Origin: Nitrospirota bacterium
Lineage (GTDB): Bacteria > Nitrospirota > Thermodesulfovibrionia > Thermodesulfovibrionales > UBA9159
DNA: 64,000 nucleotides
NCBI GenBank assembly: GCA_963699545.1
Contig: CAVOUE010000003.1
Coordinates: 64,001-128,000 of the forward strand
Direction: 5' to 3'
Positions 21,187-30,304 of this stretch are shown in pieces (positions within the stretch are counted from its first letter, which is position 1; every line of letters begins with the position of its first letter). The notes beneath the pieces are model-generated. The model was given only the letters and a program-made list of their open reading frames with translations, searched no databases and was not told the DNA's origin. A program made the translations under genes and the position numbers.

Positions 21187-22095
21187 TCAGAAGTTTTGAA
21201 TCCATTTCTTTACAATTTTCTTTATCCCTTTCGGTGTTTTTGTCCCAATATTATTCAGGATACCATGTAACTCTTCGGCCCAAAGAGATTGCCTAATGAG
21301 AGGATACATCAGCTTTATGGTTTTCAAGGTGTTGAAATTTTCTTCGACTCCTTCCCACGGTGATATGGTTGCCTTAATGCCTCTCGCAGGTTTGAGGAGC
21401 AGGGTACACCAATTTCTTGACCACATTGGGATGTGTATCAAACCCAGGATATCTGCGATTCTTTCAAATGTTTTCATCGAAAAAATAGAAATATGTCCGC
21501 GCACTGAAGGGTCGATATATCCTTTGTTGTTGTCAGATTCTTTGATGAACTCCAAGGTACCGGTATTTACTAAAATCATGCCTCCGGGCTTTACTATATC
21601 TCTCAGTTTCTGAAAAATGGGAATGATCAAATCCTGCGGAAGATGTTCAACGACTTCGATGCTCATAATTGCATCCAAGCTTTCCGTTTCGAATTTGTCG
21701 GTGGTCAGAACATCCTCTTTCAACAGGTATCGTGTGGGATCAAATTTTCCGTACTTATCTATCCCATAGGCATCTATCGCCAGCTGGGATCTGAGCCAAT
21801 TCACCGTAATCCCCAGGCCGCAGCCAAAATCCAGGAATGTCTTCACAGGAATTTTGCTAAGATAAATCAACTCCAGAGCCCTCATACAACAGTCCTCATT
21901 CTCCCTTCTCACTGCTTCGGGGTATTCCTTTTCCCAATAGTCTTCATCATAACAGACCTTCGAGATATCATCCGGCATGAAGAGAAAATTGCACGAAGGG
22001 CACAGGTAGTAGGGATACCCATCCACGGTTTGATAGAATTGCGCCCCGGAGTGACAGAGAGAACAACGGTAATGCGATACACCTTCCATCTGCAA
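21187..22095 (-). CDS. Class I SAM-dependent methyltransferase with N-terminal Zn ribbon
   Basis: CSLC...CPSC, LDFGCGLG, IEVVEHL, KPGG and 'HISIFS'. Confidence 0.85.
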   Translation of the reverse strand: MQMEGVSHYRCSLCHSGAQFYQTVDGYPYYLCPSCNFLFMPDDISKVCYDEDYWEKEYPEAVRRENEDCCMRALELIYLSKIPVKTFLDFGCGLGITVNWLRSQLAIDAYGIDKYGKFDPTRYLLKEDVLTTDKFETESLDAIMSIEVVEHLPQDLIIPIFQKLRDIVKPGGMILVNTGTLEFIKESDNNKGYIDPSVRGHISIFSMKTFERIADILGLIHIPMWSRNWCTLLLKPARGIKATISPWEGVEENFNTLKTIKLMYPLIRQSLWAEELHGILNNIGTKTPKGIKKIVKKWIQNF

Positions 22096-22193
22096 GCTTC
22101 CTTATGTCCGAGTACGCTTTTTCACAAAAGCTCTCTTCCACATGAAGTCGTCATCCTACCCGCGAGATGATCACTATTCATCTTCTCCCGACA

Positions 22194-24093
22194 TCAAGAA
22201 ATTCCTTCCCTGTCAATGTTGATCTTATTCGAGTCTTTCAATTGGTAGAGTTTCCCATATCGATCCTCCGCCAACAAGTCAAAATAGTCCGGAAAGGAGT
22301 TGTCGAACTCAACGGTTAGACCGCGGCCTGTACTGACCAGAAAAAGCTGAATGTTCATCGCGTTCAATCTATTATACAGGTTTCTGCTATCTCCGATGAC
22401 AGCCAGAATGATTGAATACCGTGCAGGCCCATACCAGTCACCTATCATCTTTCCTCGAGAAAAATAAAACGAATCTTCAAACCCTAACTGATAAATCCTG
22501 CCTGAGAGCCTTTCATTTGCCACTTGCAGCAGATGAAATGATTCTATCTTCCTTCTGAGATATTTATCTCGCGTCTCTTGGGTCACCGGGAACGGATCCC
22601 TTGAGACTTCTTTTAGAATGTCGGCATCCAGCCGTAGAACCGGTAATAGTATAAAGAGAACCGCAATTGCACTTATGACCGTTTGTGATGCACGTTTCAC
22701 AATGAGATTGTTCGCGAAAAGCACCCCTACAGGTTTCTTTATGAAATTGCCATACAGATACATGAGGACACTCGCCGCCAAAAGGGCAGCCATCGGAAGA
22801 ACAGGCAGCAGATATCGCAATATCTGGGAAGTAAAAAACCAGATTATTACATTCGCAAATACAAAAATACAGAGTTTCTTGCTAAAGCTGTCAAGTTTTC
22901 TAAACAAAAAAACAGCGGGGAAAACGGCAAAGGCCCCTCGAGATAAGGCCCCTTCCCCAAATTTATCGTAATGGGAATAAAGATTCCAGGGAAGCTTCAG
23001 GAGCGAAATCAGGTCTCTGGATGTGCCGCGAGACGTAAGGAGATCCTTTGTTTGAATAAGCAGATCTTCCTTGTTCCATAACCAATATCCAAATATTTCT
23101 CCTCCGAACGGGGAAACGGGATCCTCCGGAAATAATGAAATTCCTGATATACCAGGGAGCGCCAAAAAAAAACGCCGGTAAAATGAATCTCATGATGGAA
23201 GAAACCTTCCTGCCCTCATACGCGATCCATAATAAGAACATAGGGATATAAAAAAGGCCGCTATATTTGCATCCAGCTGCTATTCCCGCTGCAAATCCTG
23301 CAAGGTATAGCCAGTTTTCATCTTTTTTGACCGACCATACACTTATGCAATAAAAACTCAAGAATACAAAAAGAGTCAGCCCCAGGTCTATGTACGCAGT
23401 TCGCATCAGGTGTGTCACGATGGGGCTTGACAGGAAAATAAATGCAGCTATGGTTCCCACTTTCCTGTCTGCTGTAAAAGATCCAAGACTGTATATGCCC
23501 ACCGCACAGAGAACGGCAGTGGAGGCGTGCATCAAATGGGCCAGTATGTCATCAGAGAAAAGCAGGGAGAGGGCGTAGAGAAGATCGATGTAATGGGCAT
23601 AAAGCGGATATCTGAGGAAAGGATTCACGCTGAGCCCGTTATGCTCGACATAGTATTTCGCATAGGGAAGGTGATAGGAGATCTCATCCCATGCTGTTGG
23701 AGGATAAAGGGGGAAGAAGAGGAACGGTGAAAAGAGGATAAAGACGGACACAATCAAAAGCAGGTTCCTTTTCGAAGACTCCCCGCTGTCGTGAGCTTCA
23801 GGTCTTCTTGGGAGGAAAATGGATACATCTCTTCGAGCAAGATAATACGTTAGAAACAAAAATATGGCCGAGAGTACTGTGATCTTGCTCAACAGCCCGA
23901 AGAGTGAAATAGAGAACAAAAAGACAGTAATCACCCCGATACCCGAAGCAGTATACAAAAAAACCTTTGCAGCGGTTTCCCGGACGGTGTACTTCTTAAG
24001 TGTGACACCCCCTGCGACATAGGAAAGCAAAAGGAATACGCACAAGAAACCATAATGTTGAGCGACAAATCTTAAACTTACAAAAATGTCCAT
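22194..24093 (-). CDS. GT-C (ArnT/PMT-like) integral membrane glycosyltransferase (+1 frameshift at ~23123)
   Basis: WDEISYHLP motif, many TM segments, 'PWYIRN..SGDPV.PF' after correction, and 'RYLLP'. Confidence 0.8.
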
Positions 24094-24095
24094 CC

Positions 24096-25166
24096 TTAAT
24101 CTTTATCGTTAAAAACAAATTTATTCATCACTACAAAATTGAAGAGGAACATGGTGAATTCTGCGGCGGGCTTTGCGAGCGCCCGCGAAATATGCAAGAG
24201 ATCCACAAAACAATAAAGCAGCGCTGCGGTGGTCGACATGGAAAACAACACTGCGCCGATATACCGTAATCCCTCCCTCAGTTTCTTTCCTCTTGATCTG
24301 AACACCAGGTACCGGTTGGAGAAGAAATTAAATGTGCCGCTGCACATCCTTGCAATAAGATGCGAAACGAGGTAATAAATTCCAAATAGATAACTCAACG
24401 ATAAGAATACGGAGTAATCGATAAGAAAAGAAGTAAAGGCCACGCCCGTATATTTGGACAGGGGAACGAGTACGCGAAAAGAATCCCGCAGGGGACGAAA
24501 CTTTGAGTTTCTATTTTTGTCCAGATAAAGGGTTTGAATTCCAATATTCCCTATGGTCCGACGTGTCTCGACAGCATACACCAGCATCCTCATTTCGGTC
24601 TCGTACCTGCCGGGGAGAACGTTGGCGACCACGTCCCTGGCAAATTCCGCAGAAAGAACCCTGAACCCTGACTGCGTGTCCACAATAGTCTGCCTGAAGA
24701 GTGCATTAAATAATTTGGCGGTAAATATATTCCCTATTTTGCTTCGTAAGGGCGTTTTCTCTGATACCTCCCTCACGCCAATAACAAGATCGTGCAAACT
24801 ATCAGATGTTGCGATAAACTGCTTGAATCTTGGAATTTCTTCCGGGTCATGCTGTCCGTCACTGTCGATGGTGAAGATGAAATCGGGATCATACTTAAGC
24901 GCTTCTCTTAAGCCCGCGATAAGGGCATGTCCCTTACCCTTATTAGAGGGAAATACGATCAGTTGAACATTTTGTGCAAGAGCACATTCAGCAAGATATT
25001 TTCGGTTCTCAGCGTCTGATCCGTCATCCACGAGAATGACAACATCAACGTTCTTGCTCACATCGGAAACAACTTTCGCGACTGTTTCCCCCGGATTATA
25101 TGCCGGAATGACAGATAAGAACTTATGTTTACCTTCTATATTTTGAAGATCCGTGGACACGATCAT
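24096..25166 (-). CDS. GT2 glycosyltransferase fused to a GtrA-like flippase domain
   Basis: IPAYNP, VDDGS, DSDGQHDP, DTQSGFR; C-terminal 4-TM GtrA-like region (NFFSNRYLVF...NKFVF). Confidence 0.88.
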   Translation of the reverse strand: MIVSTDLQNIEGKHKFLSVIPAYNPGETVAKVVSDVSKNVDVVILVDDGSDAENRKYLAECALAQNVQLIVFPSNKGKGHALIAGLREALKYDPDFIFTIDSDGQHDPEEIPRFKQFIATSDSLHDLVIGVREVSEKTPLRSKIGNIFTAKLFNALFRQTIVDTQSGFRVLSAEFARDVVANVLPGRYETEMRMLVYAVETRRTIGNIGIQTLYLDKNRNSKFRPLRDSFRVLVPLSKYTGVAFTSFLIDYSVFLSLSYLFGIYYLVSHLIARMCSGTFNFFSNRYLVFRSRGKKLREGLRYIGAVLFSMSTTAALLYCFVDLLHISRALAKPAAEFTMFLFNFVVMNKFVFNDKD

Positions 25167-25204
25167 AGTTTCAAAAGACGTTGAAATACGAACCTATGCG
25201 AAAA

Positions 25205-27832
25205 TCATTCCGTCATAATTCTTGGTTCGAGCCATACTGCCCAATCTCCATTCCCGTTCTTTCCCTGATCGTTTGTTGTCGATAATTTAATAACGATGTT
25301 TTCTCCAGCAAATTCATTAAGAGATAGCTTAGCGTCAATAAAACCTTCCTGTGGCATTATATATTCGTTTAGAATCACTCTTGCATATTTTTTTGCAGAC
25401 ACCTCAATCTTCATTCTCAAGCCATCACTGTCCCACTTTCGGGAGAGGGAATGGTATCCCAGCGAGGTTTCTAAAAATACATTTTTCTTGTTCGGGAGTG
25501 TTATCCTGTACTCCACACTTGAATCGGGATGAGCGAAGATTGCCACTTTGTCACCTTCTTCCGGAATTGTTATAACTGCAATTGTTTCTTTCCAAGGAAT
25601 ACTCGCAGGGACATTTCCTACTAGGGCTGCAGTGCGAAACATCTGAGAAAGATCAAACAATACTTCTTCTCTTTCAGCTGACATTTCTTGCTGAGATGGA
25701 TACAGTATAACCCTTTTCTTTGGTGAATAGAGAATGTATCCCATAACAGAAAACTCGTTATTCAACATGTTCTTAAACTCAGAAGAATTGAGAACGCGAT
25801 TTTGAGCATTACCAGTTTGAGGACTACCAGGCATGATGATGAAGTCAAACTTCCTATTTACAAAAATATACTTATACATCTCACTAGCGTCCCTTGATGC
25901 CATAAATAAATCTCTATAATTCTTATAAAAAGCTATCCAATCACCTTCGATATTGAAATCTGCAAAATATAACCCCCACGAATCAATTAATAAGCCGCGT
26001 GATTTCCCCCCATACTTTATTTTTGCAAAATCAAAAACCTTTCTAACTTCATGCCAGTATCCTGCTTTCTCATAAGAGTGTGTCATTGCCTCTCTCAAGG
26101 GATAAGGTGTCGTTATGTTTCCAATAGAGAGTTGACAAACGAAATTAACTACACAAACGATCAAAAATAAAAACAAGATTATGTTTAACTTTATTTTGCT
26201 ATTCTTATTTAATGCGAGCAACCCATCGATTATCAAAGCAATTATAATGGATCCTAAAGGAAGGATATGAATGTAATACCGCATGTATGGATTTGTGATT
26301 TTAAACCATAGATAAATTGCAACAATAAATATAAAAAAAATTATAAAAATTTCTTTTCTTTTTGTTTTATTGAAAAAGAGAATAGGAAAAAATATAAGAA
26401 ATACAAAATATGAAATCCCTAGAGAATAATTAATATTTTCGATATACTTGGCACCCCAAAAGGTCATATCATAGAGAGTCTTCCAATTTAAGGGCTGTTG
26501 CCATCGTTCATCTCTAAAGTTCTCCGGATCATACCATACAGATTTAAAGAACCCATTAAAAAAAGGAAATACTGGATTCTTAGCGATAAGGTAATTGTGT
26601 AAGAGAAAAGGAGATAGAATGACTAAAAAAATAACAATCCCAAAGAATAGAGAAAAGACTAAAGAATAATCGCGGCTTTCAATCACCTTCTTCGTAAAAA
26701 AAACCAAGAGAACAACTACTGCCGGAATAAAGAGAAAGATAAATTGCAACTTACACAGGAAAGCGAATGCGCAGAGCGCGAAAAAAAATGTCATATCCCT
26801 CTTGCTGTCTAAATACTGGAGCAAACGAAAGAGGAAGGCAAAAACTACTACAGAAGCAGTGAACAGAAAGGTATCAATGAATACAACGCCAAATTCCCAT
26901 AGCACGAAAGGGGTAAACATACAAAGCGCTGTGGTAACAACTGCATTCCTTGATCCAAATGTTTTCCGTGTAAAACTCTCCAGTAAAATAGCGCCAGCAA
27001 AAAAAAATGAATACTGCCACATTCTTATGGCATATTCTCCATCACCCATCAAAAAAACGGCAGTATATGAACCATACGGGATAATTGACAAATCGAGTGC
27101 ATGAACAAAATGCGGACTAAAATTCCAAAATCCATTGAGAAAAACATATTTCGGAATATAGAGATGCCGTGCAATATCATCAGCAAGATAATAGGGAACA
27201 AGAGCATAAAAAATAAAAAAAACCCCTAAAACAAATATAATTTTTTGCCCTCCGCTTAATTGGCCAGCACTCAATTTCTCAACAACCTGCTTAATAAAAC
27301 TTCTTACCGACCTTCCAAAGATAAATGCTTCTAACAAAAAGAAAAAATAATAGACAAAAGGAAAATTGATCCTGTAATGCATTGCACCCCAGATTACAAT
27401 GCTGTTGATGCTTACTCCAACAAATAAGGAGTCGATGGCTTTTTCAATATCGAATCTTTGTGATGGATTGAAAAGATTAGACAAAGCTTTTCCTAATCCT
27501 ATACTTGCCAGCAAGAAAAGAGTAATCGCAACTAAAGCTAGCCCTTTCCCCGACAACAGAATAATCAGAGGAATGAAAAGAAGAATATAAGAACCTTGCA
27601 TTCGTTTTCTTTCTAAAATAAGGAAGGAAATCACAATAACCAAAAGAAATATACCGCCATCAATTAAAGACTGCTTGGGAACAAAAAAATAATTGGCCTC
27701 ATGAATTTTAGAGGGATCAAATGTTACATTATGGAAAATTTTCCATATGGAAAAACCAACAAGAAAAGAAAGAACAGTGATGACTCCTGTTTGAGCCAAT
27801 CGGTTTTTATCTAAGATTTCTTTTCTCAGCAT
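25205..27832 (-). CDS. Large GT-C-like membrane protein with C-terminal beta-sandwich domain
   Basis: DDIARHLYIP, NPVFPFFN and RYY motifs; more than 12 TM segments; very AT-rich. The C-terminal domain is homologous to 28137-28715. Confidence 0.72.
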   Translation of the reverse strand: MLRKEILDKNRLAQTGVITVLSFLVGFSIWKIFHNVTFDPSKIHEANYFFVPKQSLIDGGIFLLVIVISFLILERKRMQGSYILLFIPLIILLSGKGLALVAITLFLLASIGLGKALSNLFNPSQRFDIEKAIDSLFVGVSINSIVIWGAMHYRINFPFVYYFFFLLEAFIFGRSVRSFIKQVVEKLSAGQLSGGQKIIFVLGVFFIFYALVPYYLADDIARHLYIPKYVFLNGFWNFSPHFVHALDLSIIPYGSYTAVFLMGDGEYAIRMWQYSFFFAGAILLESFTRKTFGSRNAVVTTALCMFTPFVLWEFGVVFIDTFLFTASVVVFAFLFRLLQYLDSKRDMTFFFALCAFAFLCKLQFIFLFIPAVVVLLVFFTKKVIESRDYSLVFSLFFGIVIFLVILSPFLLHNYLIAKNPVFPFFNGFFKSVWYDPENFRDERWQQPLNWKTLYDMTFWGAKYIENINYSLGISYFVFLIFFPILFFNKTKRKEIFIIFFIFIVAIYLWFKITNPYMRYYIHILPLGSIIIALIIDGLLALNKNSKIKLNIILFLFLIVCVVNFVCQLSIGNITTPYPLREAMTHSYEKAGYWHEVRKVFDFAKIKYGGKSRGLLIDSWGLYFADFNIEGDWIAFYKNYRDLFMASRDASEMYKYIFVNRKFDFIIMPGSPQTGNAQNRVLNSSEFKNMLNNEFSVMGYILYSPKKRVILYPSQQEMSAEREEVLFDLSQMFRTAALVGNVPASIPWKETIAVITIPEEGDKVAIFAHPDSSVEYRITLPNKKNVFLETSLGYHSLSRKWDSDGLRMKIEVSAKKYARVILNEYIMPQEGFIDAKLSLNEFAGENIVIKLSTTNDQGKNGNGDWAVWLEPRIMTE

Positions 27833-28136
27833 TTCTAGACCTACTGTTCACAATCCGAGGCAAGACACTATTCTTCAATTAACCAACCAATGAATAAGAC
27901 TCTCGTCAAGAATCACATCTTCTTCTAATTGTATTGATAACTCGTCGCTTACTTCTTTGTGCCTTATATGATACCCACCTTTACTTGTCATCATATAATA
28001 TAGATGCTTTCTTGCTGATCGAAGAGTCTCGTGCGAGAAATCCCAAGGCTTCGAAGCTGTCTGGATAATCGAATCGCTTTAGCCTTCTCCACATCGCACA
28101 GACACGGTACATCAGCATTATCTAACAAATTCATAT

Positions 28137-28715
28137 TTATTTACTAATAATCTTTGGTTCAAGCCACACTGGCCAGTCACCATCCCCATTCTTACCAGGA
28201 TCATTTGTTGAAGAAAACCTCATTATCACTTTTTTCCCTCCAAATTCGCTGAGAGGAACTTCAACATTTACAAATCCATCTTTGGGCATTACATATTTCT
28301 CTGCAATAACTTTATCGATGTTATCGTTCATTACTTCCACTTTCATCCTAACGCCATCGCTGTTCCACATACGAGCAGCAGGATGAAAGCCAAGTGAAGT
28401 TATAAAGAAGACATTCTTGCCAGAAGGAATTTTCACAGAATATAATAAAACTGAACTGGGAGCAGAAAAAATACCGGCTTTTTTGTTGATACCTTTTTCT
28501 TGTTCAATTTCTATTTTTGCAACAGTTTTCCCCCATGGATTTGCATTCTTCGGCGTGTCTATCAATCCTTGAATTTTTGCGTCTCTGAAATGTTCAATAA
28601 AATCGTAGGATGCTTTATCGCTATCGCAGCTAAATAAAAGAATAGGAAAGAACATGAGAAAAACCAGCAAATAAAATTTCTCATTCTGTAAAAGGTTTTG
28701 CTTGCTGCTGCTCAT
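28137..28715 (-). CDS. Putative lipoprotein with a beta-sandwich (NPCBM-like) domain
   Basis: Lipobox-like LFSC. Ends 'SDGVRMKVEV...LSEFGGK..MRFSSTNDPGKNGDGDWPVWLEPKI'. Confidence 0.65.
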   Translation of the reverse strand: MSSSKQNLLQNEKFYLLVFLMFFPILLFSCDSDKASYDFIEHFRDAKIQGLIDTPKNANPWGKTVAKIEIEQEKGINKKAGIFSAPSSVLLYSVKIPSGKNVFFITSLGFHPAARMWNSDGVRMKVEVMNDNIDKVIAEKYVMPKDGFVNVEVPLSEFGGKKVIMRFSSTNDPGKNGDGDWPVWLEPKIISK

Positions 28716-28817
28716 TGTCGAACCTCCTGTTAATGGAAAATTATTCTAAACCAAGGCTGCCGTGTTGGCCCCATGTGTCAATGACAGTCTTGGGAATTAA
28801 AAGCTTTTATTATACCT

Positions 28818-29726
28818 TTATCGTTTGCTTTTCATGAAATGATATAATTCGTCAAACCTCCTGTTGATGGAATCGAGAATGATACCCGTGACAAAGAGAA
28901 TTATAGACAATATCATTGTCCCGACAGCAAAGATGGCAAGCGGAACGTGAGTGATATATCTTGTTTCCACAAATTCTGTAATCACAACAGATCCAGAAAC
29001 CAAGGAGATCAGCAGCAGAATTCCAGAAATAACGGAAAAGAATAACAGCGGTTTATAATCCTTAAAGATAATGAAGATTGTCTTCAGTACTAATATACCA
29101 TCATTTATGGTATTCAATTTGGAATAGCTCCCTTGCGGTCTCTCCCTATATGGTACGTCCACCTCTTTTATCACATATCCGTATTTTAATGCCTTTATGC
29201 TCATTTCCGTTTCTATCTCAAAACCCGAGGACACCACGTTTATATTTTTCACAAATAATCTATTCATTACTCTGAATCCTGACATGATATCGGATAACTG
29301 AGCGTTGAATAGTTTATTTATTAGTAATCTCACAAGCTTGTTGCCAAAGGTGTGAAACTTTCTAAACGATTCATCCGTGTAATTCTTCAGCCTGTTCCCG
29401 ACTATCATATCCGCTTTATCATTATTTATCATGGAGATCATGGCATTTACGTTCGTTACGTCATATGTATTATCTCCGTCAACCATAACATATATGTCGG
29501 CATCAACGTTGCTGAACATCGATTGAACAGCAAATCCCTTTCCCTGTCTTTTCTCTCTTATAACTTCGGCTCCCAGTGACCTCGCAATTTCAGCCGTTCT
29601 GTCCGTCGAGTTATTGTCGAAAACATAAATGCTGGCTTCAGGGGTTATATTGTGAAAATCAGTTATCACATTTCCTATTGTGATCTCTTCATTGTAACAA
29701 GGGATAACTACAGCAATGTTTCTCAC
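28818..29726 (-). CDS. GT2 polyprenol-phosphate glycosyltransferase (GtrB/DPM-like) with 2 C-terminal TM helices
   Basis: IPCYNEE, DNNSTD, DGDNTY, DIMSGFR, GFEIETE and SKLNT..DG. Confidence 0.88.
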   Translation of the reverse strand: MRNIAVVIPCYNEEITIGNVITDFHNITPEASIYVFDNNSTDRTAEIARSLGAEVIREKRQGKGFAVQSMFSNVDADIYVMVDGDNTYDVTNVNAMISMINNDKADMIVGNRLKNYTDESFRKFHTFGNKLVRLLINKLFNAQLSDIMSGFRVMNRLFVKNINVVSSGFEIETEMSIKALKYGYVIKEVDVPYRERPQGSYSKLNTINDGILVLKTIFIIFKDYKPLLFFSVISGILLLISLVSGSVVITEFVETRYITHVPLAIFAVGTMILSIILFVTGIILDSINRRFDELYHFMKSKR

Positions 29727-29837
29727 TCTATGGTCACCTCTCTAGCTTTCTAAAATGACTCTCACGAGACAGTTATGCGCGTTCTGAGGAGGAATATAAG
29801 GCCAAAATACTTATAGTATCATGCATTTCAAAGTACC

Positions 29838-30236
29838 TCAAGGTTTCACTAAAAATTTCATTTCATTTGACTTCCGGTTGTTTTTTTTGTCCAGCAAATA
29901 CAAAGGATATTCCCCGGGTTTCTCATAGAGATTCTTCGGGACGAGCGCAGAAACTGCCTTCCCCTCTGATTGCGGGGCGCTTTCCAAAGAAATACCATTG
30001 AGAACAAAAACAGTAGTTGGTGTTGCATTTTCCGTTTCGGCCCAGATCGCACTTTCACCATTGGGTTGCTTATTAAATATTTGCCCAGCTCGTATGTCCT
30101 CGGGACCAAATTTCTTTAACACGAGCGGCTTTGACTCCTGCTTGGCAGAGCATCCCAGAATAAATACAATCACGAATAGTGACAACACTTTGATCGATGC
30201 TGCTTTTCCCCAGATCATTACTTCCTCCTTCTTCAT
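29838..30236 (-). CDS. Small lipoprotein, probable Ig-like fold
   Basis: Lipobox ILGC, 'FNKQPNGESAIW' and 'PGEYPLYL...SNEMKF'. Confidence 0.6.
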   Translation of the reverse strand: MKKEEVMIWGKAASIKVLSLFVIVFILGCSAKQESKPLVLKKFGPEDIRAGQIFNKQPNGESAIWAETENATPTTVFVLNGISLESAPQSEGKAVSALVPKNLYEKPGEYPLYLLDKKNNRKSNEMKFLVKP

Positions 30237-30304
30237 TAAAGAGATTTCGTTCCCACAAACAGTGCGAGCTGCATCCCTCTGTGCGAGCCCGACGATCGCT
30301 CACC

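Noticed and set aside
23164-29890. A9/T8 homopolymers as phase-variation tracts
   Set aside because: They lie in-frame in Phe- or Lys/Asn-rich AT-rich coding sequence, where such runs are expected by chance.
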